64,000 nt of DNA from Deltaproteobacteria bacterium (lineage in GTDB: Bacteria > Desulfobacterota > Deferrimicrobia > Deferrimicrobiales > Deferrimicrobiaceae), in contig JBBIVQ010000002.1 of NCBI GenBank assembly GCA_037439645.1, forward strand, positions 2,282-66,281, read 5' to 3'. Within the stretch, counting starts at the first letter, position 1; each line of letters begins with the position of its first letter. The notes below the pieces were generated by a model. It was not told where the DNA came from and did no database searches. It worked only from the letters and a program-made list of their open reading frames with translations. Below are positions 55,163 to 64,000 of this stretch, piece by piece. Both the position numbers and the translations under genes were made by a program.

Positions 55163-56551
55163 GTGACGACATACCGGGTCGAGAAGGATTCGATGGGGGA
55201 GGTCCGGGTCCCGTCGAAGGCGTACTACGGGGCCCAGTCGCAGCGGGCGTTCGAGAATTTCCCCGTGAGCGGGCAGGGGATGCCGCTCCCGGTGGTGCAC
55301 GCGGTCGCGCTGGTGAAAAGGATCGCGGCCGAGGTCAACGCCGGGCTTGGACTTCTCCCCGCGGCGTCGGCCGAGGCGATTTCCCGCGCCGCCCGCGAGG
55401 TGCTCGAGGGGAAGTTCGACGACCAGTTCGTGGTGGACGTCTTCCAGACCGGCTCAGGCACCTCGACGAACATGAACGTGAACGAGGTGCTGGCGAACCG
55501 GGCGAACGAGCTGCTGGGGATGCCGCTGGGCGGGAACGCGCCGGTCCACCCGAACGACCACGTGAACCGGTGCCAGTCGAGCAACGACGTGATCCCGTCC
55601 GCGATCCGGATCGCGGCGCGGCGGGAGCTGTCGGACCGCCTGCTGCCGGCCCTCGGGGGCTTGCGGGACGCGCTGGCGTCGAAAGCGGCGGAGTTTTCCG
55701 ACGTCCTCAAGATCGGGCGGACTCACCTGCAGGACGCCGTGCCGATCACGCTGGGGCAGGAGTTCTCCGGGTACGCCTCCCAGGTCGATCACGGGATCCG
55801 TCGCCTCCGGGGGACGTTCGCGGATCTCGAAGAGCTGCCGCTGGGAGGCACGGCCGTCGGTACGGGGTTGAACGCTCACCCGGAGTTCGCATCGCGAACG
55901 ATCGCGGAGATCGCCCGCGCCACCGGGATCCCGTTCCGCCCGGCGGAGAACCGGTTCGAGGCGATGGGGGCGCAGGACCCGCTCGTGGCGGCCAGCGGCG
56001 CGTTGAAAGGCGTCGCCGCCTCCCAGATGAAGATCGCCCACGACCTTCGGATCCTCTCGTCCGGACCCCGGTGCGGGATCGGCGAAATCGCCCTGCCGTC
56101 GTTGCAGCCGGGCTCCTCCATCATGCCGGGGAAGGTGAACCCGGTGATCCTCGAGGTGGCGATCCAGGTGGCGGCGCAGGTGATCGGAAACGACGCGGCG
56201 GTGACCCTCGGCGGCGGACTCGGGGTTCTCGAGCTGAACGTGATGCTGCCGGTGATGGCGCGCAACCTGCTCGAATCGATCGCGCTCCTTTCCTCCGCTT
56301 CCTCCCTGCTCGCGGACAAGTGCGTCGCGGGGATCGCGCCGAACCGGGCGCGGTGCGCGGAGATGATCGGGCAGAGCCTCGCGATGGTCACGCCGCTCGC
56401 GGTGCGGATCGGGTACGACAAGGCGGCCGGGCTTGCCCACGAGGCGTTCCATACCGGGAAGACGATCCGCGAATTGCTCGAGGGGGAAGGGATCCTCCCC
56501 GCCGACGAGATCGACCGGATCCTCGACCCGCGGACGATGACCGGGGGGTAA
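55163..56551 (+). CDS. fumC: Fumarate hydratase class II
   Basis: RVEKDSMG, YYGAQSQR, FQTGSGTSTNMNVNEV, HPNDHVN..QSSND, GRTHLQDA, GSSIMPGKVNP; aspartase cannot be fully excluded. Confidence 0.88.
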   Translation: MTTYRVEKDSMGEVRVPSKAYYGAQSQRAFENFPVSGQGMPLPVVHAVALVKRIAAEVNAGLGLLPAASAEAISRAAREVLEGKFDDQFVVDVFQTGSGTSTNMNVNEVLANRANELLGMPLGGNAPVHPNDHVNRCQSSNDVIPSAIRIAARRELSDRLLPALGGLRDALASKAAEFSDVLKIGRTHLQDAVPITLGQEFSGYASQVDHGIRRLRGTFADLEELPLGGTAVGTGLNAHPEFASRTIAEIARATGIPFRPAENRFEAMGAQDPLVAASGALKGVAASQMKIAHDLRILSSGPRCGIGEIALPSLQPGSSIMPGKVNPVILEVAIQVAAQVIGNDAAVTLGGGLGVLELNVMLPVMARNLLESIALLSSASSLLADKCVAGIAPNRARCAEMIGQSLAMVTPLAVRIGYDKAAGLAHEAFHTGKTIRELLEGEGILPADEIDRILDPRTMTGG

Positions 56552-56571
56552 TCCCGGTTCGGCAGGCGGCG

Positions 56572-57372
56572 TTATCGGATCGCCAGCCGATAGACGACCG
56601 GGGTGATGATCTCCGCCTCGACGCCGGTCCGCGGGAACGGGGAGGCGGTTCGGACCGCGACGATCGCGCCCCGGTCGAGAGCGGAGTATCCCGAGCTTTC
56701 CACGATCCGGACATCCCTGACCGATCCGTCCGGGAGAAGATGAAAACCCACCACGACCTTCCCTTCCCATCCCATCCTGCGCGCCGTCGGCGGGTAAGCG
56801 ATCGCGTTCTGGATGGCGTCGCGGATCCAGGTGTAGCCCCCCGCCGCCGTTTCCGCGCCTCCGGTTCCCGCACCCGCCGTTCCGACGCCCGCCGTTCGCG
56901 GCGGAATCCCCCGGGGGGCGCCGGCCGGACCCGTGCCCGTCGAGGCGGCGGTGGCGGCAGGGCCATGGGAAGATCCCCGGACGGAAGCGCTCGTCGTCTC
57001 CGCGGGAGGAGACGGCTTCGCGTGGACGGTCCCGCCGGGAGGATTCGGGGCGGCCGGCGTGGACGGCGCCGCCGGGAGAACCGGAACGATCGGCGATTCA
57101 CCGGAGGGGGGCGGCCCCGGGGCGGGGGTCGGATCGGGGCGATCGGCCGTTCCGGAGATCCCGGTCGTTTCCTCCGTGGCGAGGAAGGCGGTCGGGGAAG
57201 GACGCCGGCCGGTTTCGGCGGGAGGCAGGAGCGTGAGGTCGATCACCTGCGGAGGCGCTTTCGGCGGGCCGGAGAGTGCGGCGATCACCGCCACCCCGGC
57301 GAACAGATGAAGGAGAAGGGACGCGCCCGCTCCTTGCCAGGCGGCGCCCCCCGTTCCGCTATCCGAGGTCAC
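56572..57372 (-). CDS. TonB-family energy transducer
   Basis: N-terminal TM with SLLLH, Pro-rich linker, C-terminal YP..ARRMGWEGKVVV.F....DG.V..V.I..SSG...LD. Confidence 0.85.
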   Translation of the reverse strand: MTSDSGTGGAAWQGAGASLLLHLFAGVAVIAALSGPPKAPPQVIDLTLLPPAETGRRPSPTAFLATEETTGISGTADRPDPTPAPGPPPSGESPIVPVLPAAPSTPAAPNPPGGTVHAKPSPPAETTSASVRGSSHGPAATAASTGTGPAGAPRGIPPRTAGVGTAGAGTGGAETAAGGYTWIRDAIQNAIAYPPTARRMGWEGKVVVGFHLLPDGSVRDVRIVESSGYSALDRGAIVAVRTASPFPRTGVEAEIITPVVYRLAIR

Positions 57373-57381
57373 GGGATCGCC

Positions 57382-58158
57382 TCATCCTTTTCTCGCGACG
57401 AAGATCGATTTCTCGTCGGAGTAGGAGACGACCCTCCCCCCTTCCGTGCGGATGCGGAACGTCTCCCTTGCGAGCGGAAAAGCGGAGAGAAAGATCGTCT
57501 CGACCTCCTCCCGTACCGGCCCGGGACGTCCCGTCCGTGCCACCCATTCCGGGAACGAGTGGGTTTTCCACAGGGAGGCGGTCTGCAGAAGGGATAATCC
57601 CGTACCCGCGAGGAACTCTATCCACTCCTCTACGCGGTAACTTCGCACGTGCGACGGGTCCCGGATCTTCTCGACGCCGTTCAGGAAGGCGTCGAGGGAC
57701 GGCTCCGCGGGGACGACGCTGTCGATGATGCCGATCCGCCCGCCCGGACGGATGACCCGGGCCATTTCCGCGAGCGCGGTCCGAACGTCGGGGAAATGGT
57801 GCGGCGCGATGCGGCACGTCAGCCGGTCGAAGACTTCGCCCGGGAACGGCAGCGCCTCGGCGTCGGCGGCGGTGAAACCGACGTTGCCGGCCCGGTGCTC
57901 CGTGGCCAGGACCCGCGCCTCCCGCAGCATGGAGGGTGTCAGGTCCGACGCCACCACGTATCCGCAACGCCCCGCGAGGGCGGCCGCGGTGTGCCCGCCG
58001 CCGGTGGCCACGTCGAGCACCCGGTGCCCGGGGTCGAGGGCGAGCCCCGTGAAGAGGAGGTCCAGGTCGTCGACGTCCGTATGGTCGGCGCTGCACCGGT
58101 ATTTCGACGCCACCCGGCCGAATTGCGCGCGCGTCAGTTCCTTCGGGGACAACGGCAT
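57382..58158 (-). CDS. Class I SAM-dependent methyltransferase
   Basis: VLDVATGGGHT, DAEALPF, CRIAPHHF, HVRSY; GGAGGG before ATG 58158. Confidence 0.88.
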   Translation of the reverse strand: MPLSPKELTRAQFGRVASKYRCSADHTDVDDLDLLFTGLALDPGHRVLDVATGGGHTAAALAGRCGYVVASDLTPSMLREARVLATEHRAGNVGFTAADAEALPFPGEVFDRLTCRIAPHHFPDVRTALAEMARVIRPGGRIGIIDSVVPAEPSLDAFLNGVEKIRDPSHVRSYRVEEWIEFLAGTGLSLLQTASLWKTHSFPEWVARTGRPGPVREEVETIFLSAFPLARETFRIRTEGGRVVSYSDEKSIFVARKG

Positions 58159-58233
58159 CCGCGTTCCCTCCGACCCCATTTTCACCCGCGGGCTTTTCAA
58201 TGACAAGATCGGGTGCGGGATTAAAATGAAAAG

Positions 58234-61200
58234 GTGCCCGACAGGATCCCATCGATCTCCCGCCTGTACGCCGGGCCGTTCCCCGCGATCGAGGAGCGGC
58301 TGATCGAGCGATATTTCGGCCGCGCCGGGCGGGACCCTTCGCTGGAGCACGTTCTCCTGGTTCCGTCCAACGAACTCCGGGAGCACCTCCTGAAACGCCT
58401 GGGGGCGGTCGGCGGCGTCTCCACCTCCTTCGCCGGCGCTTCCGTGATGACGCTGTATGACTTCGCCGTACGCCTCCTCAAGCATCGCGGGATCTTCCCG
58501 GCGGAGCTCCCGCCGGCGAGGATGGCCGCGGCGATCCTCGCGGCGGTGCGGGAAACGTACGCCGCGGGGGGAGGCGATTTCGGGGGGATCTCCTCGACGT
58601 CCGGGTTCGTCCCCGCCCTCGCCCGAACGCTCTCCGACTTCGAGGAGGGGTGCGTTGGGGACGCGGAGCTCGCGTCGGCCGAGCGGGCGGCGAAGGACCG
58701 GGGAGACGCCCGGAAGGCGGCGCGGTTCGCGGAGTGGCGGCGGCTGCGCGCGTCGGTCTCCCGGAAAATCCGGGCGATGGGGGGGGAGACGCGCCGCGGG
58801 ATCTTCCGGGAGGCGGTGGCGGGTTTCGAGCAGCCAGGCTACCCCTTCCGCGCGACCCTGTACGGGTTCTACGACTTCACCCGGCTCCAGTGGATGCTGG
58901 TCGACCGGCTTCTCTCATCCGGCCTGCTGGACGAGGTCTACTTCCCCGGGCTCTTCGACGGGGACGGGAACCTTCGCCCTTCGTTCCTGTACGCCGCGAA
59001 AGCGTGGGATCGCCTGCGCGCCGCCTTCGAGGGGAACGTCGAGTTCGCGGTTGACGACCCTTCCCCCGGGATCGCGTCCGTGCGGGAGCGGATCTTCTCC
59101 CCGGTGCCGCCCTCCGCGCCGGCCCCGGTTCCGTTCGGAATTCTCTCCGCTCCCCACGCGGAGGGGGAGATGCGGCTCGCCGCCCGGCGGGCCCGGTCCT
59201 GGCTCGACGCCGATCCCGCCTCCTCCATCCTCCTCGTCTCGAGGAAGGTGACCCCGGAAACGGCGGCCGACTGGGAACGGATCGCCGCGGAGTACGGCAT
59301 CGCGACGGCGGGGCGCCTCGACGTCCCCCTCTCTTCCGTCCCGCTGGTGCGCCTCCTCCTGCGGATGATCGCGGTCGCCCGGGACGACTTCCCGCGGAGG
59401 GAGGTGATCGACGTCCTCGCGTCCCCCTATCGCCGCTTCGCCGGGGGGGAGGCCGGCGCCACGGCGCGGCCCGACGTGTGGGATCTCCTCTCGAAGGAGC
59501 TCCTGATCGTTTCCGGGTCCGACTGGGAAACCCGGCTGGCCCGGCCCCCGCGGAGTCGCCGTCCGGCGGAGGGGGAGGAAACCGGTGGAGACGATCGCGC
59601 GGCGCAGCTCGCCCTCCTCCGGTCCGAGGTGCGCGCATTGCGGACCTCCCTGCGTCCCCTCCGGGAGGCGCAGGGATACGCCGCCTTCGCCCGGGCGGTG
59701 CGGGCTCTCCTTCTGCGGGAGTTCCGGGCCGTCCAGGACGACGCCCCCGAGTGGGAACGCGACCGGCGGGCGGTGGAGGCGCTCTTCGCGATCCTCGACG
59801 ACCTCGAGGCGGTCCCCGACCGCGAAGCGCCGTGGCCGGGGGCGCGGGAGGGAGCCGAGGGCTTTTCCGCTCTCCTCTCCGCGCAACGGCTCTTCGTCGG
59901 GGAGCGTGGAGGGATGCGCAAGCCCGGCGCGGTGGTCCTCGGAGATTCCGTCGTCCTGCGGGGCGTCACGACCGACCGGGCGATCGTCCTGTCGGTGAAC
60001 GAGGACGCCGTCCCGGCCCAGCTCGAGGAGGACCCGCTTCTCCCCGACGACGACAGGGAGGAGATCGATCGCGCGACGCGGCAGGCGGACTTGCCGGACG
60101 CCTTGTCGCTGCGACGCCGCAACGCGGCGGAGGAGAAGCTTCTCTTCGCCCTGCCGGCCGCTTCCGCGCGGGAGGGGATCGCCTTCTCGGTCCTGCGCGC
60201 CGATGCGGCGGGCTCGGCCCGTCGCCCTTCCCGGTACCTGCTCCACCTGCTGTCGCGCTTCGCGGGCCCCGCGGTCTTCTCCGAGGAGTGGGAGGCCGCT
60301 TCCGGCGCTCTCGTCGAACGGCTCCCCCGGTCCCCCTTCGCCGCGCTCGATGGCGAGGGCCCGAGGAGTCCTCGAGAGCGCGCCTTGCGCGCGTGGCGCG
60401 CGGGAGGGGAACCGGTGGCCGACGGTGCGGGCGTCCCGTGGGGGAGGGTGCGCGGGATCCTTGCCGCGTGGGCCGCGCGGTCCGCCGGGGACGGAATCTT
60501 CCCCGGGCCGGGTCTCCGCGCCCGACTCCCGGCCTGGCACAGCGCCTCCGCGCTCGAGGAGCTGGCCCGCTGCCCGTACCGGTACTTCCTCCGGCGCATC
60601 GTCCTTCTCGACCCGCCGGAGGAGCCCGAAGAGACGCTCGCGCTCTCCCCCGCCGGGCTCGGGGAGATCGCCCACGACATCCTGCGCCGCCTCGGCGCGG
60701 ACGCGGCCGCGGGGAAGGGGTGGGGGAACATCGAAGCCGCCGTCCGGGGTTCCGTCGACCGCTTCGCCCGGGAGAACCCGACCGGCCTCCCCGGCCTCTT
60801 CCGCATCCGGTGCCGCGGCGTGGAGCGCGACGTGGCGCGCCTGGCGGCGTGGGAGCGGGCGGCGGAGGCGGAGCGCCCCGGATGGCGGGTCGACAAGGTC
60901 GAAGAGGCGTTTTCCCTCCCCGCAGCGCCCCCCCTTCCGGCGCTTCGCGGGCGGGTCGACCGGATCGACCGGGGCCCCGGGGGGGAAGCCCGGGTGATCG
61001 ATTACAAGTATCGCGACCCCGCCCGCGGGGAGATCTTGCCGGACTGGATCCGTCACGGCCTCTCCCACCAGGTCCCGGTCTACCTCGCGTTCGCGGCGTC
61101 GCTCTCTCCCGCTCCGCCCGCCGTCTCGGCGGCGCTCTTCTTCCTGCGAGGCGGGCTCGGGGTCGAGGAGGCGCCGAATTGGGGCGGGATCCGCGGGGAG

Positions 61201-61449
61201 TGGGCCGCCTCCCTCGCCGACTGGCTCTCCATCGTGGCCGCCGGTGCGTTTCCGCCGCTGCCGCACCATCGGTTCACCAGCGCGGGGAGGTCGTCGCCCC
61301 GGTATTGCGTTTCCTGCCCGTTCCGGGATCATTGCCGCGTCTCACCGGTCTACGACGGTTCCGAGATCGACTCCGGCGCGCTCGGGGCGCGGATCTCAAG
61401 GGAACCGGCGCTGCGTCCCGTGGCCGACCACCGGCCCGGGAAGGAGTAG
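58234..61449 (+). CDS. addB: AddB-like inactive helicase plus PD-(D/E)XK nuclease subunit
   Basis: YGFYDFT, CPYRYF, GRVDRID, IDYK, YCVSCPFRDHC (Fe-S staple Cys); paired with addA. Confidence 0.8.
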   Translation: MPDRIPSISRLYAGPFPAIEERLIERYFGRAGRDPSLEHVLLVPSNELREHLLKRLGAVGGVSTSFAGASVMTLYDFAVRLLKHRGIFPAELPPARMAAAILAAVRETYAAGGGDFGGISSTSGFVPALARTLSDFEEGCVGDAELASAERAAKDRGDARKAARFAEWRRLRASVSRKIRAMGGETRRGIFREAVAGFEQPGYPFRATLYGFYDFTRLQWMLVDRLLSSGLLDEVYFPGLFDGDGNLRPSFLYAAKAWDRLRAAFEGNVEFAVDDPSPGIASVRERIFSPVPPSAPAPVPFGILSAPHAEGEMRLAARRARSWLDADPASSILLVSRKVTPETAADWERIAAEYGIATAGRLDVPLSSVPLVRLLLRMIAVARDDFPRREVIDVLASPYRRFAGGEAGATARPDVWDLLSKELLIVSGSDWETRLARPPRSRRPAEGEETGGDDRAAQLALLRSEVRALRTSLRPLREAQGYAAFARAVRALLLREFRAVQDDAPEWERDRRAVEALFAILDDLEAVPDREAPWPGAREGAEGFSALLSAQRLFVGERGGMRKPGAVVLGDSVVLRGVTTDRAIVLSVNEDAVPAQLEEDPLLPDDDREEIDRATRQADLPDALSLRRRNAAEEKLLFALPAASAREGIAFSVLRADAAGSARRPSRYLLHLLSRFAGPAVFSEEWEAASGALVERLPRSPFAALDGEGPRSPRERALRAWRAGGEPVADGAGVPWGRVRGILAAWAARSAGDGIFPGPGLRARLPAWHSASALEELARCPYRYFLRRIVLLDPPEEPEETLALSPAGLGEIAHDILRRLGADAAAGKGWGNIEAAVRGSVDRFARENPTGLPGLFRIRCRGVERDVARLAAWERAAEAERPGWRVDKVEEAFSLPAAPPLPALRGRVDRIDRGPGGEARVIDYKYRDPARGEILPDWIRHGLSHQVPVYLAFAASLSPAPPAVSAALFFLRGGLGVEEAPNWGGIRGEWAASLADWLSIVAAGAFPPLPHHRFTSAGRSSPRYCVSCPFRDHCRVSPVYDGSEIDSGALGARISREPALRPVADHRPGKE

Positions 61450-61453
61450 GGGG

Positions 61454-64000
61454 GTGCGGGAGAACCGGGAAAAGGCGGCCGGCGAGTTCCGGCGCGACCT
61501 CGCCGTCGACGCCTCCGCGGGAACGGGAAAGACGTCCACCCTGGTGGCGCGGGTCACCAACCTGTTCCTCGCCCGCCCGGACCTTTCCACCGACCAGGTC
61601 CTCCTGCTGACCTTCACCGACAAGGCGGCGGCGGAGATGAAGGCGCGGGTGACGGAGGGGTGGGAGCGGATCTTCGCGGCGACCCAGGAGACCGACTCGA
61701 TCGACGAGGTCGGCCGGCGCGCTGCGTCGTGGAACCCGCTCGCCCGCGTTCCCGCACCGGTCTATCCCGGGTTCGCCGCGCTGCGGCGACGGGTCGAGGA
61801 GATGGTCGACGGCGTGGGTCGGCTCTCCGTGACGACGTTCCACTCGTTCTGCGCCCGCGTTCTCCGCTCCTTCCCGGCGGAGGCCGGGGTCGATCCCCTC
61901 TTCGAGGTGCTTCCGGAGGCCGCGTCGGCGGACGCGTGGGACGCCGCGTTCCGGGGATTTCTCGAGGGGGAGTTCGGGAGGGAGGAGGTCCACCCGGAGT
62001 GGGAGCGGATCCTCTCCCGCCTTCCCGACCCTTCGAAGGCGTGGCGGCTGATCCGCCGCCTCTGCCTCTTCCAGCGCGACCTGCTGCGCGGCCCGGCGCC
62101 GGATTTCGGGTCCCCGGGGGACTTCCTCGCATTCCTCGTCCGCGAGCACGGTCCCGGCGTGGACTATTTCCGCGACTTCGTCGCCGGGTTCCGTGTTCCC
62201 GCCGACGATCCGGTCGCGGAGGGGTTCCGCGAGGCGCTCCGCCTCCTCGATTCCGCGTGGATGGCTGTCTCCCGTGGAGACCTCGAAGCCGCGGGCAAGA
62301 TCGCGGCCGCGGGCGCGGCGGCTTTTTCGATGGATCTTCGCAAGTCGACGAGCAGGAAAAAGTACCCGCGCCCCGAGGGGCCGAAGCTTGCCGAGGTGCG
62401 CGACTCCCTCCTCCGGTTCTGGAATCGGCTGACCGAGGTCCCCGAGGGGGACGCGGCGGCGCGCTTTCTCGTGGAGCGGGCCGGTGCCGCCCTCTCCGCC
62501 TACGAGGCGGCGAAGGGGAGCGGGCTCGACTTCATGGACCTGCTGCTTCGGACGAGCGATCTTCTCTCGGGGAACCCCGCGCTCGCGCGGCGGCTCGGGG
62601 ACCGGTTCCGTCACATCTTCGTGGACGAGTTCCAGGACACGGACCCGTTGCAGGCGGAGGTCCTCCGTGCGATCGCCGCCGACGCGGTCCCGGGGCGCCT
62701 CTTCGTCGTGGGGGACCCGAAGCAGTCGATCTACGGTTTCCGCCGCGCCGACATCCAGGTGTACCGGAAGTTCCGCGAGGGGATGGTCGGCGCCGGGGGA
62801 GAGGACGTTCCCCTGACCCGCAACTTCCGCAGCCGTCCCGACCTGCTCGCGACGCTCTCCGGCCTCTTCTCCCGCGTACTCTCGGGGGGGGAGGATTTCT
62901 CCCCCTCCTATGCCCGCGTCGAGGCGGACCGGAACGATCCCGGGGAGGGGCATCCAGTCTCCCTCTACCGCCTCGACCCGTCCGTGGACGAATCGGAGTT
63001 CCTCGCGGCGCTGGTCGGGCGGATCGTACGGTCGGTGAAGGTCCGGGACCGCGGCGGCCTCGAGCGCGCCGCGTCGTTCCGGGACGTCGCCGTCCTTTAC
63101 CGGTCGGACGCCTCGGGCGAAGTGCTGTCGGGGTATCGCTCCGCGCTCGCCGCCGCCGGGATCCCCCACGTCGTCCCTTCGCGCAAGGGGTTCTTCCTCC
63201 GGCAGGAGATCCAGGACGTTCGGATGGTGCTCTCCGCCGTCGATGTCCCCGCCGACCGGTCGGCGCGGCACGCCGCCCTGAAGACGATCTTCTTCGGCCT
63301 GTCGGACGAGGAGATCCTTCCGCTCGGCGGGGAGGATCCGGCCGCGGCGTCACCCCGCGCGCGCGACGCCGTCGCGCTCCTCTCCCGCCTCTCCGCGCGG
63401 CGCGGGCGGTCGTCCCTTCCGGATCTTCTCGCGGCCCTGTACGGGGAGGCGGGGGTCGATTTCGTCGCGGCGCGGATCCCCGACGGAGAGCGGGTCCTGC
63501 GGAACCTGTCGAAGGCCGCGGAGATGGCGCGGGCCTTCGAATGGGCCGGCGAAGGTTCCTTGAAACTCTTTCTCGCGGAGATCCGGCGGAAGGCCGCCGA
63601 GGGGAGGGAGGAGGACGAGGTCCCCGACTTCGAGGAGGGGGAGGACGCCGTGCGTCTCTCCACCATCCACGGGGCGAAGGGGCTCGAGTTTCCGATCGTG
63701 ATCCTCGGGGGGATCTCCCGCGGCGGCCGGAGGGGTCCGGAAGGGCTGCGGGCGGACCGTGTGCGCGGCCTCTCCGCCGTGATCTTCCCCGGGTTCCGCA
63801 CCTATTCGGCGTTCCGGCAGGTGCCGGGGGCCGGGCGCCCGGTGACGTTCGAGGAATGGGAGACGGAGAAGTTGGCGGCGGAGGAGCGCCGCCTCCTCTA
63901 CGTCGCGGCCACCCGCGCGAAAGACCGGCTCTACCTCGTCGACGGAGGAAAGGGGAACGGATCGACCCTGCGGGACGCGCTGTGGAAGGGGCTCGAGGGG
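61454..64000 (+). CDS. addA: AddA-like UvrD/REP helicase subunit, truncated by the window end (absent from the ORF track)
   Basis: DASAGTGKT Walker A, LTFTDKAAAEM, TTFHSFC, FVDEFQDTDPLQ, VGDPKQSIYGFRRAD, NFRS, STIHGAKGLEF, LLYVAATRAKD all in one frame from GTG 61454. Confidence 0.9.
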   Translation, partial: MRENREKAAGEFRRDLAVDASAGTGKTSTLVARVTNLFLARPDLSTDQVLLLTFTDKAAAEMKARVTEGWERIFAATQETDSIDEVGRRAASWNPLARVPAPVYPGFAALRRRVEEMVDGVGRLSVTTFHSFCARVLRSFPAEAGVDPLFEVLPEAASADAWDAAFRGFLEGEFGREEVHPEWERILSRLPDPSKAWRLIRRLCLFQRDLLRGPAPDFGSPGDFLAFLVREHGPGVDYFRDFVAGFRVPADDPVAEGFREALRLLDSAWMAVSRGDLEAAGKIAAAGAAAFSMDLRKSTSRKKYPRPEGPKLAEVRDSLLRFWNRLTEVPEGDAAARFLVERAGAALSAYEAAKGSGLDFMDLLLRTSDLLSGNPALARRLGDRFRHIFVDEFQDTDPLQAEVLRAIAADAVPGRLFVVGDPKQSIYGFRRADIQVYRKFREGMVGAGGEDVPLTRNFRSRPDLLATLSGLFSRVLSGGEDFSPSYARVEADRNDPGEGHPVSLYRLDPSVDESEFLAALVGRIVRSVKVRDRGGLERAASFRDVAVLYRSDASGEVLSGYRSALAAAGIPHVVPSRKGFFLRQEIQDVRMVLSAVDVPADRSARHAALKTIFFGLSDEEILPLGGEDPAAASPRARDAVALLSRLSARRGRSSLPDLLAALYGEAGVDFVAARIPDGERVLRNLSKAAEMARAFEWAGEGSLKLFLAEIRRKAAEGREEDEVPDFEEGEDAVRLSTIHGAKGLEFPIVILGGISRGGRRGPEGLRADRVRGLSAVIFPGFRTYSAFRQVPGAGRPVTFEEWETEKLAAEERRLLYVAATRAKDRLYLVDGGKGNGSTLRDALWKGLEG

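Noticed and set aside
58234-64000. Helicase/nuclease pair as a novel defence system
   Set aside because: Motifs, order and sizes fit ordinary AddAB recombination enzymes, with host-like composition.

Overview
High-GC bacterial chromosomal window. Gene content suggests a deltaproteobacterium (Desulfobacterota-like, possibly Ca. Deferrimicrobiaceae; this is inference). In order: a surface-polysaccharide cluster (GT4, asnB-type amidotransferase, GT2, Wzy-like protein, ugd, rmlC-rmlD-rmlB, WbpP-like epimerase, WbpA-like dehydrogenase); etfAB; vanZ; a ttuB-ttuA-trmI tRNA modification operon; a type II secretion operon without gspG; tlpA/ccdA; a PAS kinase with a sigma54 regulator and two stand-alone receivers; a cytochrome c lipoprotein; an AEC transporter; lutABC; porin-amtB-glnK behind a sigma54 promoter and a NifA-like activator; a deoxyhypusine-synthase-like gene; a large YVTN/beta-barrel/OmpA fusion; an NO module (norCB and accessory genes with FNR-type boxes); carbonic anhydrase; fumC; tonB; a methyltransferase; and addB-addA (partial). 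The main unexplained structure is a family of eight ~45-bp repeat arms arranged as four inward-facing inverted pairs between 7.0 and 15.7 kb. One pair encloses an AT-rich HUH/Y1 (RAYT-type) transposase with an extra C-terminal helical domain. The other three enclose unique 57-80 bp spacers, resembling a RAYT/REPIN system. Also notable: an apparent two-signal-peptide polyprotein, several probable leaderless genes and probable CTG start codons. All calls come from reading the sequence and motifs; no database searches were run.
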